Assembly: GCF_009914755.1 (NCBI RefSeq)
Contig: NC_060942.1
DNA from: the human T2T-CHM13v2.0 reference genome, Homo sapiens
Length of the DNA stretch: 64,000 nucleotides
Direction: 5' to 3' (one strand)
Below the pieces are notes generated by a model. That model saw only the letters and a program-made list of their open reading frames with translations. It did not search any database and had not been told where the DNA came from. The position numbers were made by a program, and so were the translations under genes. Positions 31,490 through 44,290 of the stretch are shown here, one piece after another (position 1 is the stretch's first letter; every line of letters begins with the position of its first letter).

Positions 31490-33911
31490 CTGCTAATGAG
31501 CATTAATAGAGACTGAATGCTTAGCCATAGGCCATCAAGCTACCATGTGACCTGAGCTGCCCACATGAACTGGGTATCATATGGTTACCAACCCATGAAA
31601 CTGGGCGCACATGGCAGCATTCTATCATCAAATGAAAATGGTACATATGTAACCAGGCCAAAGCAGGCCCTGAAGGCACATGTACATTAAAGAGTGGCAC
31701 AAATGCCCATGGTCCTCACCTCTGCAACATGGCATTCTCTCTCCCATCCTGCCCCTATGGCCTCATAGGCATTCCCTATGATCAGTTGACAGGTGGAGAG
31801 AAGACTTGGGCCTCCTTTGTGCATGATGGTTCTGCATAATATGCAGGCATCACCTGAAACTGGACAGCTGCAGCACTACAGCCCCTTTTGGGAACATCCC
31901 TGCAGGACAGTGGTGAAGGGAAATCCTCCTCATGAGCAGAAATTTGATCAGTGTCCCTGGTTATTCACTTCGTTTGGAAAGAGAAATGGCCAGACATGTG
32001 ATTAAATACTGATTAATGGGCTGTGATCAATGGCATGCCTGGATGGTCAGGGACTTGGAAGAAATGTGGTTAAAAAGTTAGTAACAAATAACTCTGGGGG
32101 AGGGTTGTGTGAATTGACCTCTCTGAATGGGCAAAAAACATGAAGATATTTATGTGCCATGTGCAAGCTCACCAAAGGGTGACCTCAGCAAAGGATAATT
32201 TTAATAATCAAGTTGATGAAATAACCTATTGAGTGGATATTAGGCTTTTTTCCTCAGTAACTTTGCTATGAACCAAGGGGCTCATGAACAAAATAGCCAT
32301 GATGGCAGGGATGGAGATTATGCATGGGCTCAGCAATACGGACTTCTACTCAACCAGGCTGACCCAGCTATGGCCACTGCTGAGTGCCCAATCTACCAGC
32401 AGCACAGACCAACACTGAGTCCCCAATATGACACCATTCCCCAGCCAGCTACATATTGACAGGTTGATTTCACTGGACTTCTACCACCATGGAAAGGGCA
32501 GTGTTTTATCCTTACTGAGATAGATACTTAGTCTGGATTTAGGTTTGCCTTTCCTGCATAGTGTTTCTGCCCAAACCACCATCCACAGGACTTACAGAAT
32601 GCCTTGTCCACCATCATGTTATTCCACACAGCATTGCTTCTATCAAGGAACTCACTCCACAGCAAAGGAAGTGTGGCAATGAACCCATGCTCGTGAAATT
32701 CACCAATCTTACTGTGTTCCCCACCATCCTGAAGCAGCTAACTTGATAGAGGGCTGTAATCACCTTTTAAAGACTGAGTTACAGTGTCAGTTTGGTGGCA
32801 ATACCCTGCAGGGCTGGTGCAAGGTTCTTCAGAAGGCTGTAGATGCTCTGAATCAGCTTCTAATATATCAGCTTTCTCAGATAGCCAGGCTTCATGGATC
32901 CAGGAATTAAGGGGTGGAAATGACAATGGTACGACTCAGTATTACCCCTAGTGACCCACTAGTTAAATTTTTGCTTCCTGTTTCCAGAACTTTATGTCCT
33001 GCTGGGCTAAATGCCAGAGGCAAGAATGCCTTCACCAGAAGACACAACAGTGATTCCATTCAGCTGGAAGTTGAGACTGCCACCTGGCCACTTTGGAATC
33101 CTCATGCCTTTGAATCAACAGCCAAAGAAGGGAGTTAGTGTGCTGGTTGGGATGACTGATCCTGACTACCAAGGAAAAATTGGACTGCTACTCCACAACT
33201 GAGATAATAAAGAGAATGTTTGGAATACAGTGATCCCTTAGGACATCTCTTATTATTACCAGGCCCTGGGTCGATGGAAAACTACAAAAATCTAATCAGC
33301 ACTAATAATGGCCCAGACCCTTCAGATATAAAGGTTTGGATCGCCCCACCAAGTAAAAAACCACAACCAGCTGAGGTACTTGCTGAAGGTAAAGGGAGTA
33401 AATAATGGGTAGTAGAAGAAGGTAGTCATAAATACAAGCTCTGATCATGTGACCAGTTACAGAATTGAAGAGAGTAACCATCATGAGTATTTCCTACATA
33501 TTTTGCTACAAATGTATATTTGTATGTATATATTTATATGTACAAAGAGATACCTCTATCTAGTTATAGAGCAAAATCTATATATAGACATATATATATA
33601 GATAGATATGGATGTAGAACAAAATATTTTGTTTCCTTATTATGTAACATATGATGTATTAACTTTATAATATTTAAATATTGTCAATTTTACATAATAA
33701 TATTTAAGTTACAGTATATCAAGGATAAGAAAGAGTAAACCACTCAAGGACATTGCTTCCTGTTTTGGGTAGGGTATAAGCGGGTTTTATGTTTTAAGTA
33801 GGATAGTCATACAATGTTAGGATAAATTAGGACCTTGTTTGTGTCTTCATTTGAGGCTTAAGTATGGTTTAAGTAGATGTGTATGGGTGCCAAATTGACA
33901 AGGGGTAGACT
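31490..33911 (+). mobile_element. HERV-L/ERVL internal 3' portion: decayed RNase H, integrase, dUTPase and PPT
   Basis: ECPIYQQHRPTLSPQY (integrase, 32268-32459) and WKLRLPPGHFGILMP...DPDYQGKIGLLLHN (dUTPase, 33011-33202). PPT gacaaggggtagact ends at 33911. Confidence 0.9.
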
Positions 33912-34297
33912 TGGGATGGTTACATTAATGTGTTAACTTGACTGGACCAGGGGTGGCCAGGTATCTGATCAACATTATTTCTGGATGTGACTGTGAGAGT
34001 GTTTCTGGATGAGATTGATATTTGAGTCCATAGACTGAGTGAAGCTGATTGCCCTCCCCATATGGTGGGCATTAGCCAACCTGTTGAAGGCCTGAGTTGA
34101 ACAACAAGTAGCGTAAGGGATAATTTACTCTGAGTCTGTTTACAAGCTGAGACATTGCTCTTGTGCACTTAGACTGGAACCTACACAATTGGCTCTCCTG
34201 GTTCTCAGCCCTTGGGACCACAAATGACTGGTACTCCTGGGTGTCCAGCTTGCAGAGGGTAGATGATGCAACTCTTCAGCCTCCAGAATCATGTAAG
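33912..34297 (+). mobile_element. MLT2-type 3' LTR of the ERV-L (3'-incomplete)
   Basis: tgggatggttacattaatgtgttaacttgactgg...acattatttctggatgtgactgtgagagtgtttctggatgagatt, directly after the PPT. Confidence 0.85.
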
Positions 34298-35281
34298 CCT
34301 ATAGCCTATGGAGTTAATGACAGCCTAGGCTCAGTGCCTGAAGTCAGAAATAGAAAAGCTGAGGAATCAGAGGCCTCTATGATTTCTGCTTCCCAACTTG
34401 AGCTCACAGGGAACAGTCTTGAATCTTGAGTCTTAGATACGGTGAAATTTTTTTAAGTAAAAATTTTAAAAAATAAACCAAAAACAGAAAACAAGAAAAG
34501 AACTTATGGGACTGTTTCCACCAAGGACATTTGGCATAAATTTTGCTGCTTCAGATTCCAGTAGACAACAGTGCAGCTGGAGTTGATGAGAAGCCCAAAC
34601 TCTCCCACTGTGCATAGAATGTAATGTGGCTCTGGGACAATAAAGAGTGAAAGAAAGGCAATGCCACACCAGAAACTCTACATTTTTGGGTCAGCAAGCC
34701 AGGCACCAAGCATGGACATGGTGAGAACGAGAATGAGCACCTCTCTCATGGACTGTGAAGGCAGCCAGCATAATGTGACTTGAAGTGGACAACGGGGACC
34801 TCTCCACTTCATTAGCACATAGGAAACATCCTCAGAATCCCCTGGGTGTTGTCAGTGAGGTCGTGTAGTGAGGGAAGCATCAGCTTAGTGTCATCCTCAT
34901 ATGACCTCCCTCTCATACCCAGCAGCTGAGGAATCTGGTGAAACTGTGTCCAGAATTGGTGGGTTCTTGGTCTCGCTGACTTCAAGAATGAAGCCACTGA
35001 CCCTTACTGTGAATGTTACAGTTCTTAAAGATGGCGTGTCCAGAGTTTGTTCCTCCAGATGTTCAGACGTGTCCGGAATTTCTTCCTTCTGGTGGGTTCA
35101 TGGTCTCGCTAACTTCAGGAGTGAAGCTTCAGACTTTTGCAGTGACTGTCACAGCTCATAAAGGCTGCACAGGACCCAAAGAGTGAGCAGCATTAAGAGT
35201 TATTGCAAAAAGTGAAAGAACAAAGACTCCAGAGCATGGAAAGTGACCTGAGCTGGTTGCGCTGCTGGCTCCAGTGGCCTG

Positions 35282-35770
35282 CTTTTATTCCCTTATCTGG
35301 CCCCACCCACATCCTACTCATTGGTCCATTTTACAGAGAGCTGATTGGTCCACTTTACAGAGAGCTGATTGGTCCATTTTACAGAGAGCTGATTGGTCCG
35401 TTTTGACAGAGTGCTGATTGGTGCATTTACAAATCTTTAGCTAGACACAGAGCACTGATTGGTGCATTTACAATCCTTTAGCTAGAGGCAAAATTTCTCC
35501 AAGTCACTACCTGATTAGCTAGACACACAGCGTTGATTGGCACATTTACAAACCTTTAGCTAGACACAGAGTGCTGATTGGTGCATTTTTAAACCTTTAG
35601 CTAGACATAGAGCACTGATTGGTGCATTTACAATCCTTTAGCTAGACACAAAAGTTCTCCAAGTCACTACCTGATTAGCTAGACACAGAGCACTGATTGG
35701 TGCATTTACAAACCATTAGCTAGACACAGAGTGCTGACTGGTGCGTTTACAAACCTTTAGCTAGACAGAA
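35282..35770 (-). promoter_or_regulatory. LTR12 U3 enhancer/promoter: tandem CCAAT (NF-Y) repeats, GATA and AATAAA-type TATA
   Basis: Ten ATTGG copies at 35320-35700 in 24/41-bp repeats. The minus strand reads CCAAT...GGGTGGGGCCAGATAAGGGAATAAAAGC at 35282-35327. Confidence 0.8.
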
Positions 35771-35935
35771 AAGTTCTCCAGGTCCCCCACCCGACCCAAA
35801 AGCCCAGCCAGCTTCACCTCTCAATGGCACTCTCCACAGGAGTTTGCAGCACCTAGCCCAGGCACTCCGGCAGCCCAGAGGGAGCTTGTCCCCCATCAAG
35901 CCCAGGAGGCGCTGGCCTGCCGCGCCGAGTACGGG

Positions 35936-36119
35936 GCCCGCGCCGGGCCGGCGCCCACCCGGAGCCCGCGCCGGGCCGGCGCCCACCCGGAGCCCGCGCC
36001 GGGCCGGCGCCCACCCGGAGCCCGCGCCGGGCCGGCGCCCACCCGGAGCCCGCGCCGGGCCGGCGCCCACCCGGAGCCCGCGCCGGGCCGGCGCCCACCC
36101 GGAGCCCGCGCCGGGCCGG
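35936..36119. repeat. Perfect 28-bp GC-rich minisatellite (6 units + 16 bp)
   Basis: Unit GCCCGCGCCGGGCCGGCGCCCACCCGGA starts at 35936, 35964, 35992, 36020, 36048, 36076 and 36104 (partial). Confidence 0.97.
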
Positions 36120-36439
36120 GGAGCGCCGCGCAGCCCGGGCTCCCGCCCGTGCCTCCGCCTCCACACCTCCCCGCGAGCAGAGGGAGCCGGCTCCGGCCTC
36201 GGCCAGCCCCAGAGACGGGGTCCCCACAGCGCAGCGGCGGGCTAAAGGGCTCCTCCAGCGCGGCCAGAGCGGACGCCTAGGCCGAGGAGATGCCGAGAGG
36301 GAGCGAGGGCTGCTAGAACGTTGTCACCTCTCAAAACCTGGGTTAAACCTGGGTAACCTGGGTTACTCTCTACTGGTAGAGACATTGGCTTCTCACTGCA
36401 GACCTTGATAGAAATGTGTAATGATTAATTTTATTTTGA

Positions 36440-36932
36440 CTTAACAACGAATTAATTTTATCTTAAATTAACAACTTGACTGAGTGTGTTTGTATGTTTC
36501 CCGAACAGAGTAGCATTTGAATCAATAGGCTGTGTAAAGAAGATCTGCACTCACCAATGTAGGCCAGCATCATCCAATCCACTGAAGGCCTGTATAGAAC
36601 AAAAACTTACCCTCTCTTTCAGAGCTAGGCCATTTATCTTCTCCCCCTCTCAGAAATCAGCACACCTGGTTCTCAAACATTTGACTTGACCTGGGACTTA
36701 CTTCAGTCTCTCCCCATCTCCCTCCCCCATCTCACCTTTGGAGTTGACTGAATTACACCACTGTTTTTCCTGGTTCTCCAGCTTGCAGATGGCAAATCAT
36801 GGGATTTCTCCACCTCTATAATTCCCATAATAAATTATAACATGAGTCAATTTCCATAGTAAATTTCTACACACACAAACACGTAGATGTATGTCCTATT
36901 GGTTTTGTTTTTCTGAGAAATACTGCCTAATA
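36440..36932 (+). mobile_element. MLT2D-like LTR
   Basis: gcatttgaatcaataggctgtgtaaagaagatctgcactcaccaatgtagg...tcctattggttttgtttttctgagaaatactgcctaata. Confidence 0.8.
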
Positions 36933-38442
36933 AAAAACGTGTGCGTGTGTGTGTGTTTAAATAAATTGTAAAGGCCAGGCTCAAGAATTAATTGAAGAAC
37001 ATTTCAAAAGTTTCTGCTTTGTATATATAAAAAAATTAAAAACACTCAACTTCCCAATTTATTTACATAAGCCATATCTCAGTGACCTTCCATTTTCCAT
37101 GGTAGATATGTTTCCATACCTCAGATCCTTACACATAAAGCTTTGTGCTCTTTCTATAACAGCAAAATCTTTCTCTCCAGGATATTAAAGTTGTTATGAA
37201 GGTCATGTGACCTCACACAATTTGCATAGGCCAAGACTAAATATGGCCAAATGTCTTCATTGCAATGAGTCAGAAAGTAAAGCTTTCATTAGTCATGTCT
37301 TGTGTAATTACAAGGAACAGAGAAATGATTGGCAACATAAATATGAGGCATGAGTGTTTTGTTTTTACTTTTTCAATCTGAACTTATTCCAATAAGAAAA
37401 GTTATAACAAAAGCCCAAGATTCAAATATTTATGCGTCAGAAAGAAAAACCCCCTTTCCTGCTGCTTTCCTAATAATACATATCAGCAGCAAGTGATTGC
37501 AGTTTAGCCTCAGCCTAATCTCAGGTGGTTTCTTTCATAAGCTGATGCTCTGAGTTGACAAGAATCAGCTGCCGGGATCTTTCCCCTTTCCCCTACCAAT
37601 AGTCAAAGCAAAGAAGTGCAAGTTCCTTACCTGGCTGGATAAACTGAAGGCTAAGTTTCACTGGGGAGTACGCTACTGGGGAGGGATACATTGCTCTACT
37701 TTAAAAAGTTGGTTCATTATAAAAGCCCATTTCAAATGTGTCACACTGGTTCTCACGGATGCCTGTGTCACTAAGGAATATAATTAATTTCAACCAGACA
37801 GGATGAAACAGAGTAGCAATGATGGTTTCCATTCTTTGACTTCCTTTCTGTTATAAAATAACAACATGGTTCAAGGAGCTATGTCTGGGACATTAACAAA
37901 GCCAAAATCTTGATTAGCAAGATGTAATGTTGAAAGTACTGGTTCCAAGCTTCCTGAAATAATGGAGAGATGATAAAATAGAAAGTTTAATAGAAAAGTA
38001 TAATTAATGGTAAGAATAGCAGTTTACATTTCTTGATTATTAATCAATGCCAAGGATGTATATTCAGTCTAGAATTTACAGCCCTCAATATCTTAAACTC
38101 ACCCTACCTTTCACCCTACCTCACCCTATCCTACCTCACCCTACCTTATGTCTCAACAGATTCCCCTCCCCGTAGCTAAACCTTCCACGCGCAGGGTTCT
38201 GGCCAGCCTTGACTATTCATCTTTCCCACACTATTCAATATTTTCTGGATTTCATATATCAATTATGCCTCCTCCTTGCTTTCTTTTTCTATTTTGTTAA
38301 AATTCTTTTTATATATTAAGGACCATTTTTTATAATAGTGAAATCTTTTCCATGCCAGTCAGAATTACTTTCTTTCCTGTGTTTGTCTGTTACAGTTTAT
38401 ACTTCTGGTTTATCATTCTTTTCTTCATATTAGTATTTCTTA

Positions 38443-38875
38443 TTGTGATAGAAAATGCTTCCCAGTATCCATTCTTACATTCATCCTCAGTGTTACAATT
38501 TCTAAAGTTTTAGGTGTCCATTTTCTGATTATTGTTGCAGCTAGGAATAGCTTTGTGGCTAAGTTTTGTCAAAGGGAAAGAAGTAGAATTGGTGTGTGAA
38601 AGATCCAGAAAATGTGTGCCTTTTTCTTAAAAAGGAAGGAAGTGTGCCCTCCTCCCCACACTCCCATTTTATTTTATTTTTGCTGCCATTCAGGCTGACA
38701 CAGGAGTAAACATGCCAGGCTATGAGAAGGGAGCCTGTGATCTTAATTATTACAGAACTCCCATACTTGTGTTAAACTTCGTATACTTATGAGAAGGTAA
38801 TACATTTCAATCTTATTTGATCCTCTGTTCTCTTGGGCTTTGTCATTTGCACTAAAATCTAATCCTAACAAATAA
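38443..38875 (+). mobile_element. Old MLT1(I/J/K)-like LTR
   Basis: cttcccagtatccattct...ttgcagctagg...ctaagtttt...aatctaatcctaac. Confidence 0.5.
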
Positions 38876-39244
38876 ACACTTGTAATATCTTTCCCGCTAA
38901 ACTATGAGACCTGTATGGTAGGTTTTATGCCTTCTTTTGCACTTCCTGGTAACTAGCACAGTGCATGGCATACATCAGTTGCCAAAAAATGCTTTAAAAT
39001 AATATAGAATTTAATCAATAAAGAAAATGTACTTCCTGATATTTTTTCCTTACAAGGCAAGAAATGACAATGTGATGTACAATCAAAAGCTACATGAAAG
39101 CAGTTACTATTCAGAACTGGATTTACATGAAGAATGTGCTAAAGAAAGGGACTTACAGTCCACACATATTGTACTGTATCCATATTGTACCAAAGAGAGT
39201 TCAGTTGTAAGCACAGCTCTTGGCACTGCATTAGGAGCATTTAA

Positions 39245-39541
39245 TTTTTTTTTTTTTTAAACAGAGTCTCTCTCTTGTCTCCCAGGCTATAGTGCAATGG
39301 CGTGATCTCAGCTCACTGCAACCTCTGCCTCCCGGGTTCAAGCGAATCTCCTGCATCAGCCTCCTGAGTAGCTAGGATTACAGGCACGTGCCACTACGCA
39401 TAACAATTTTTTTTTATTTTTAGTAGAGATGGGGTTTTACCGTGTTGGCCAGGCTAGTCTCAAACTCCTGACCTCTGGTGATCCACCTGCCTCGGCCTCC
39501 CAAAGTGCTGGGATTACATGTGTGAGCCACTGTGCCCTGCC
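39245..39541 (-). mobile_element. AluS
   Basis: poly(T), acagagtctctctcttgtctcccaggct...gagccactgtgccctgcc. Confidence 0.93.
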
Positions 39542-39619
39542 TTAAAGTCATTTTTTAAGAGATGTAATATGTTTATTGAGGTATATGTGTTAGTTTATTT
39601 TATCAGTATATATTTATTA

Positions 39620-42040
39620 TTGTGGGGTGCTATAACAGAGAGAGGGATAGATTAGTAAAGAAACAGGTATGGCTGTGCCCTCATGTAGAATGTAGTCTAG
39701 TGGGTGAGATTTTTATTAATTTAAAGTTCTTGCAGAAAAATTATAAATTATTTCTATAATAAGTGCAGTGAAGGTCAAGTATGTGCATTCTACTGGAGTG
39801 CTGGAGATAGCATTGGAAGGCTTTGAAATCTATCTTGGGAATGAGACCCAACAGAGCTTGGTGTTGGACTGGATGAAGAGATAAGGAAATGAAAAATACC
39901 TAACATGGCATCTAGTTGCCAAGGTTGTGTAACTGTAATAACGGTGGTACTGTTCACTAGAAAATAAAAATGCTGAAGCTTGAGAAACAAAATTTTGAGT
40001 TACCTCTATATGATGGTAATGGACACTGTGGGGATGAATGAAACAAGAAGGAATTTAGGACCTGGTAGTGAATGATTTCATTAAAAGCAAGGTCAAAAAT
40101 GATTACTCTATAAAGGAGAAATAAAGGGAAAGAAATGGCCAGGGGAATAAGAAGATACGACTTCCTAGAGGCCAAATAAAGCAAGGGTCAAAAATCAAGG
40201 AGGAAATAGTCACAAGTGCCTAACCATTCAGCTGTCAAACAAGATGAAGACTTAAAAACAGTCTATTGGAATTTATATCATAGAAGACATTTTTATCTTC
40301 AGCAACAGCCATTTTGGTGAAGATAAGGGAGTGGAAGCCATATTAGAGTAAGTTAATAGTTGAACAGAAAACAAGAAAATTGAGCAGAAAAAGAGAAAAT
40401 GGTGCCTATAAATATAGATAATTTTTAAAAGAGCTTTGCTATACAAAGAGTGAGAGAAATAATAAAATCATGAAAGTGCTGTGGAAATCGATAAAGGTTT
40501 TTTTCCTTTTTCTCTTTATTTTACACAAGATGGCTTCAGCATGATGCAAGGAAGGATTGCATATACAAAAATGGAATGATACAGATAATACAATTTTTCC
40601 AAGATGACAGGAGTAGGTGAGATCCAAACCATAAGATAGAGGCTTAGATCTTAGTAGAAAAGAGGTAATTTTTCCACAGGACAAATGATGTTAGGATGTG
40701 TGTGGATACATTTGTTATTAGTTGAATCCAGCTACTAATATCAAAGTGTGGAGATAATTGTGGCATAAATCAGATTAAAATTTATTTTTTTGTTGTGTAA
40801 AATATGTTTGAAGGTAGGCTCACCCTTCTTAGCTCATTGCTACCATTCTCCATGTCACCTCAAGGGCCTAGATAGCTGCTGACCCTGCAGCCATCAATTC
40901 TATGTTCCAGGCACAAAGAAAGAGGAGGAAAGTGAAGGAAAGAAGGAACAATTATCCAAAATTAGTCAGCAACCTTTCAAAAAATGTATAGGCAGTCTTG
41001 CCCAATGGCTGCTACCTACATCTCACTGGGCAACCCTAACTCCAGAAAGAGTCTGAGAATTTGCTTCTGTGAATAGAATCGTAGCTTTGCTATGACAGAT
41101 TAAGGACAAATCAAATGGATACCGGGTAGGCAATTCTGTAACAGTAGTTGCAGATAAGTTGTAGATGATTTAGTTGAGAAATATTTAAGAATATCATACA
41201 TCTGTGGTATACAAACATCTTGAGACAGGGTGAGGCAATATATGAATGGGGGGAGCTTGTTTTTTTTTAATTATGAGAAGGTTTAAAAATAGTCATTGTG
41301 GAGAATAAGAGAGTGAACTGATGACAGAAATATCCTTCCTTGAAGTTTTTTGAGTCCCATTTGAGGCCACCAGGAATTTGTTGTGGGGCCAGTCTTCGAC
41401 TGCATGTAACTGTCCACACCAAATCTTGGCTTCACTGATCCAACCAGAAAGAAATCATATAGATATATTCACCTAGGGTTGGGGCTTTGCCCAATAGCTA
41501 AGACAAAAATTACAGATGGATCAGTAAATTAGATTATTAACTTATTGGCAATAATTATTTAAATTATCACTGAAGGAGTTTCAGCTATATAAGCTAAAAA
41601 GGAAGAGTATGGAGGTTTGGGGAAATGAAAATGTCAAAGAACTAGAAATCGTTATGAGTTAAAATAATGGCTACAATTTGAACAGCTGTACAAGAAAGCA
41701 ATATCAGGTGACTAGAGTAAATAAACCGTTAAACATTGAGTGAGGGGGATTGAGTGAAGGAGTAGGACACTTGAACTTATGATTTTAGTGGTAAAGCACT
41801 GAGAGATGATGTCAACAGCCAGGCTGTGACCATGGATTTGGGAAGCTTCGGTGGAGAAGAGACAGTTATTGGGCATGAGAGTTTCAAGGACCAGAGTGTC
41901 CTGAGCACCAAGAACATTGGGCAGTCATGGTAACGTGAGTGTCACTGAAGATGATAGAATGTGAGGGTGTAGAGGAAGATGCAAAACCAGGTGCCTTAGT
42001 CTAAAATAAATATGAAAACTGACCAAAACCTTGTGATCAG
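39620..42040 (-). mobile_element. Fragmented L2 LINE with a probable old MLT1 insert at ~40740-41140
   Basis: Purine-rich antisense-L2 text (gtgccctcatgtagaatgtagtctagtggg, atgatgtcaacagccaggctgtgaccatgg). Confidence 0.55.
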
Positions 42041-43339
42041 AGGTGTACGAAAGATCAGAGTGGAGTACTAGAGATCAGAGTGGGAAATTGTGTATGCGTG
42101 TATGTGTTTAATTCTAACCCTAAAGTTCTAAATGTTCTAGAATAAGCAATTAGAAATGTCATGTCTAAAAATTTTGTTTTTATTTCTAAGTAAGTTTATG
42201 TGAAATAACTGTCATAGATAAAAACAAAAAGCAAAGATATTTCTTGGAAATTATTGTTTTTAAATTATGATGATAATGAGAAGCATTGATTATAATTCCC
42301 CTCAGGGTAAGGAGTTGAAAATGAATTACGAAACTGAAGTTCAAATTTCCACTTTTCTCAGGTAGTCCTGTTTAGTCTCAATTGGTTTGTGAATACAAGT
42401 ACTGTAGTTCTGCTAATGAAAATTTCTGTTGTAGTCTTTATAGTACAATATAAGACTTTAGGACAGAAAAAGATTTGAAGATATTAACACTTTACATCAT
42501 ATTTGTTGCACATATTGTTCATTTATCATTTTTCAATATTTTTTATACTTTTTTGGCAAAGAGAAGTTTATAATTTTTACTAAGCCCATCTTTTTTTTTT
42601 TTTTTTTCTGTATCTTCTCCCATAGAGGGGGCACATTTCAAAGTGCTTGTTCTGCCTATGTACATTTCTCAGAGACCCTGTTCCAGCCCAAAGTCTGGTT
42701 AGCAGCAGCATGAATTCCCTTGTCATATGTGACCACAGCTGTGTTGGTAGGGATGAGCACCAGACTAGCAGACAACTGAACTTTGGCTGGCTCATGACAG
42801 GCTAGGGGAAACATTAGCCCCTTTTTGCTTGGGACAGCCCCAATCACAAACTGAGCATGCTTTTGCTCTCAAAATGGTCTTGGTTTACATGAGAAAATAT
42901 GTCACCCTCTGGATAAGTGTTACTGGCCTCAAAAAAATATGAGCTAAGTCATATGACCCCCTTTCTAGAAATTCAAAACAGATGTTTTGCAGGTCACCTG
43001 TAAGAACTTGAGCTCTTAGGTATGTTATGTATAGAGGAAGCTCACTAAAGTTATTTGGGATTAGAGCTGCAAGGAAGCTGGTGCAGAGTAAGAGAAAAAC
43101 AGCAGATGCACAGCAAGCACTAGGTGAGAATTTGTGTAACTGTTAGAGGGAGAGAGGTAGGACACAAGATTTGATTTTGGAATTCTCAAGTATGAGAGGA
43201 CAAATTATATTTCATTTCCTTTTCATGTATATATGTGATAATTTCCACAGTATACTGGAGCTTGCTGCTGCTTCTATATATAGGCTAATTAAATTTTTCC
43301 TCTGTGTAAAAGTCTTAAGTAGAGAAGGATCCATCCCAG

Positions 43340-44290
43340 TGGCAAATATTTTCTCCTAAAAATTGTATGCTTTTATTCCTCTTTAAGTACCTTTCTTAAA
43401 CTCTGCAGAATTTATTTGTTTCATCACGTGAGGAAAGAGTCTGCTTTATTTTTTGTATATATATTTAACCAATTTTCTCAACCTCATCTATTAAATTATT
43501 TCTTAATTTATTTGTGATGAATCTTTTGTTATTTGTGCCTATTACATATATTACTATTTCAGAGATTCATATATTTTATCTCATTAATCTATGTGTTGAC
43601 TTTTTGCCATTACCACATTATAATTAAAGATTGTGATCTGTATTGATATTTGATAGTGAAAATGTTTATTCAATTTTTCCCCAAAATGTATTTGTTCCTC
43701 TTACTTGTTTATTCAGCTGTGGTGACTTCAAAATACTTTTTCCAGGTGACAAAAAAAACTCAGAAAAATTTTTAATCTTAATTGCATTAATACTATAAAT
43801 TGATTTGGAAGGATTTAACATTTTATAATATTGTCTTCCTCTGCAGTAATGTGGCATATTCTTCCTTTTGTTCAAGCATTAAAAAAATCTCTTAGCAAAG
43901 CTGCACAGCCTTCTTCATAAGGGTTCTCTATATTTTCCTCTGAGGTGTTCTAAATGAATTAATGTTTTCTATTGATACCCCATAAATAAATATTTTCACT
44001 TTGTAGTCTTTAGTTCTTTATTGCTTGTATGCACAGAAGTTATTAATAGTTGAGCCTTTTCCTTGTGCCTGTAGAGTTCACTGAGCTCTCTTCTTAATTC
44101 TTAGAGTTTTGGAATTTATTGTCATGGCTTCTCTGACTACAATAATTTATCACCTTTCCAATAATTATGCTTCTTATGGTTATTTTCTTGTTCTTAGTTC
44201 ATTGATTAAAACTTAAAACAATAGTAAGTAGTAATACTGAGATGTGAATGGGCATTATTCTCTTGCTGCTGATTTTGAGTTTAGTGCAAC
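43340..44290 (-). mobile_element. Old L1M ORF2 fragment
   Basis: aattgcattaatactataaattgatttggaaggatttaacattttataatattg; gggcattattctcttgctgctgatttt. Confidence 0.65.

Larger units (their letters stand above)
34945..36333 (-). mobile_element. LTR12-family (ERV9) solo LTR
   Basis: tgtgtccagaattggtgggttcttggtctc...gttgtcacctctca. 4-bp TSD AAAC at 34941-34944 and 36334-36337. Confidence 0.95.

Noticed and set aside
35320-36119. Regularly spaced repeats superficially resembling a CRISPR array
   Set aside because: They are tandem units without unique spacers, inside a primate LTR12, with no cas genes.
35747-36245. Pro/Arg/Gly/Ala-rich ORFs on both strands (133, 139 and 124 aa)
   Set aside because: They are open only because the GC-rich 28-bp VNTR lacks stop codons. 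They lie wholly inside LTR12 and show no coding evidence.
37240-37800. Unique segment with an AP-1 site (TGAGTCA, 37266) and other motifs
   Set aside because: Motif density is not clearly above background without conservation or chromatin data.
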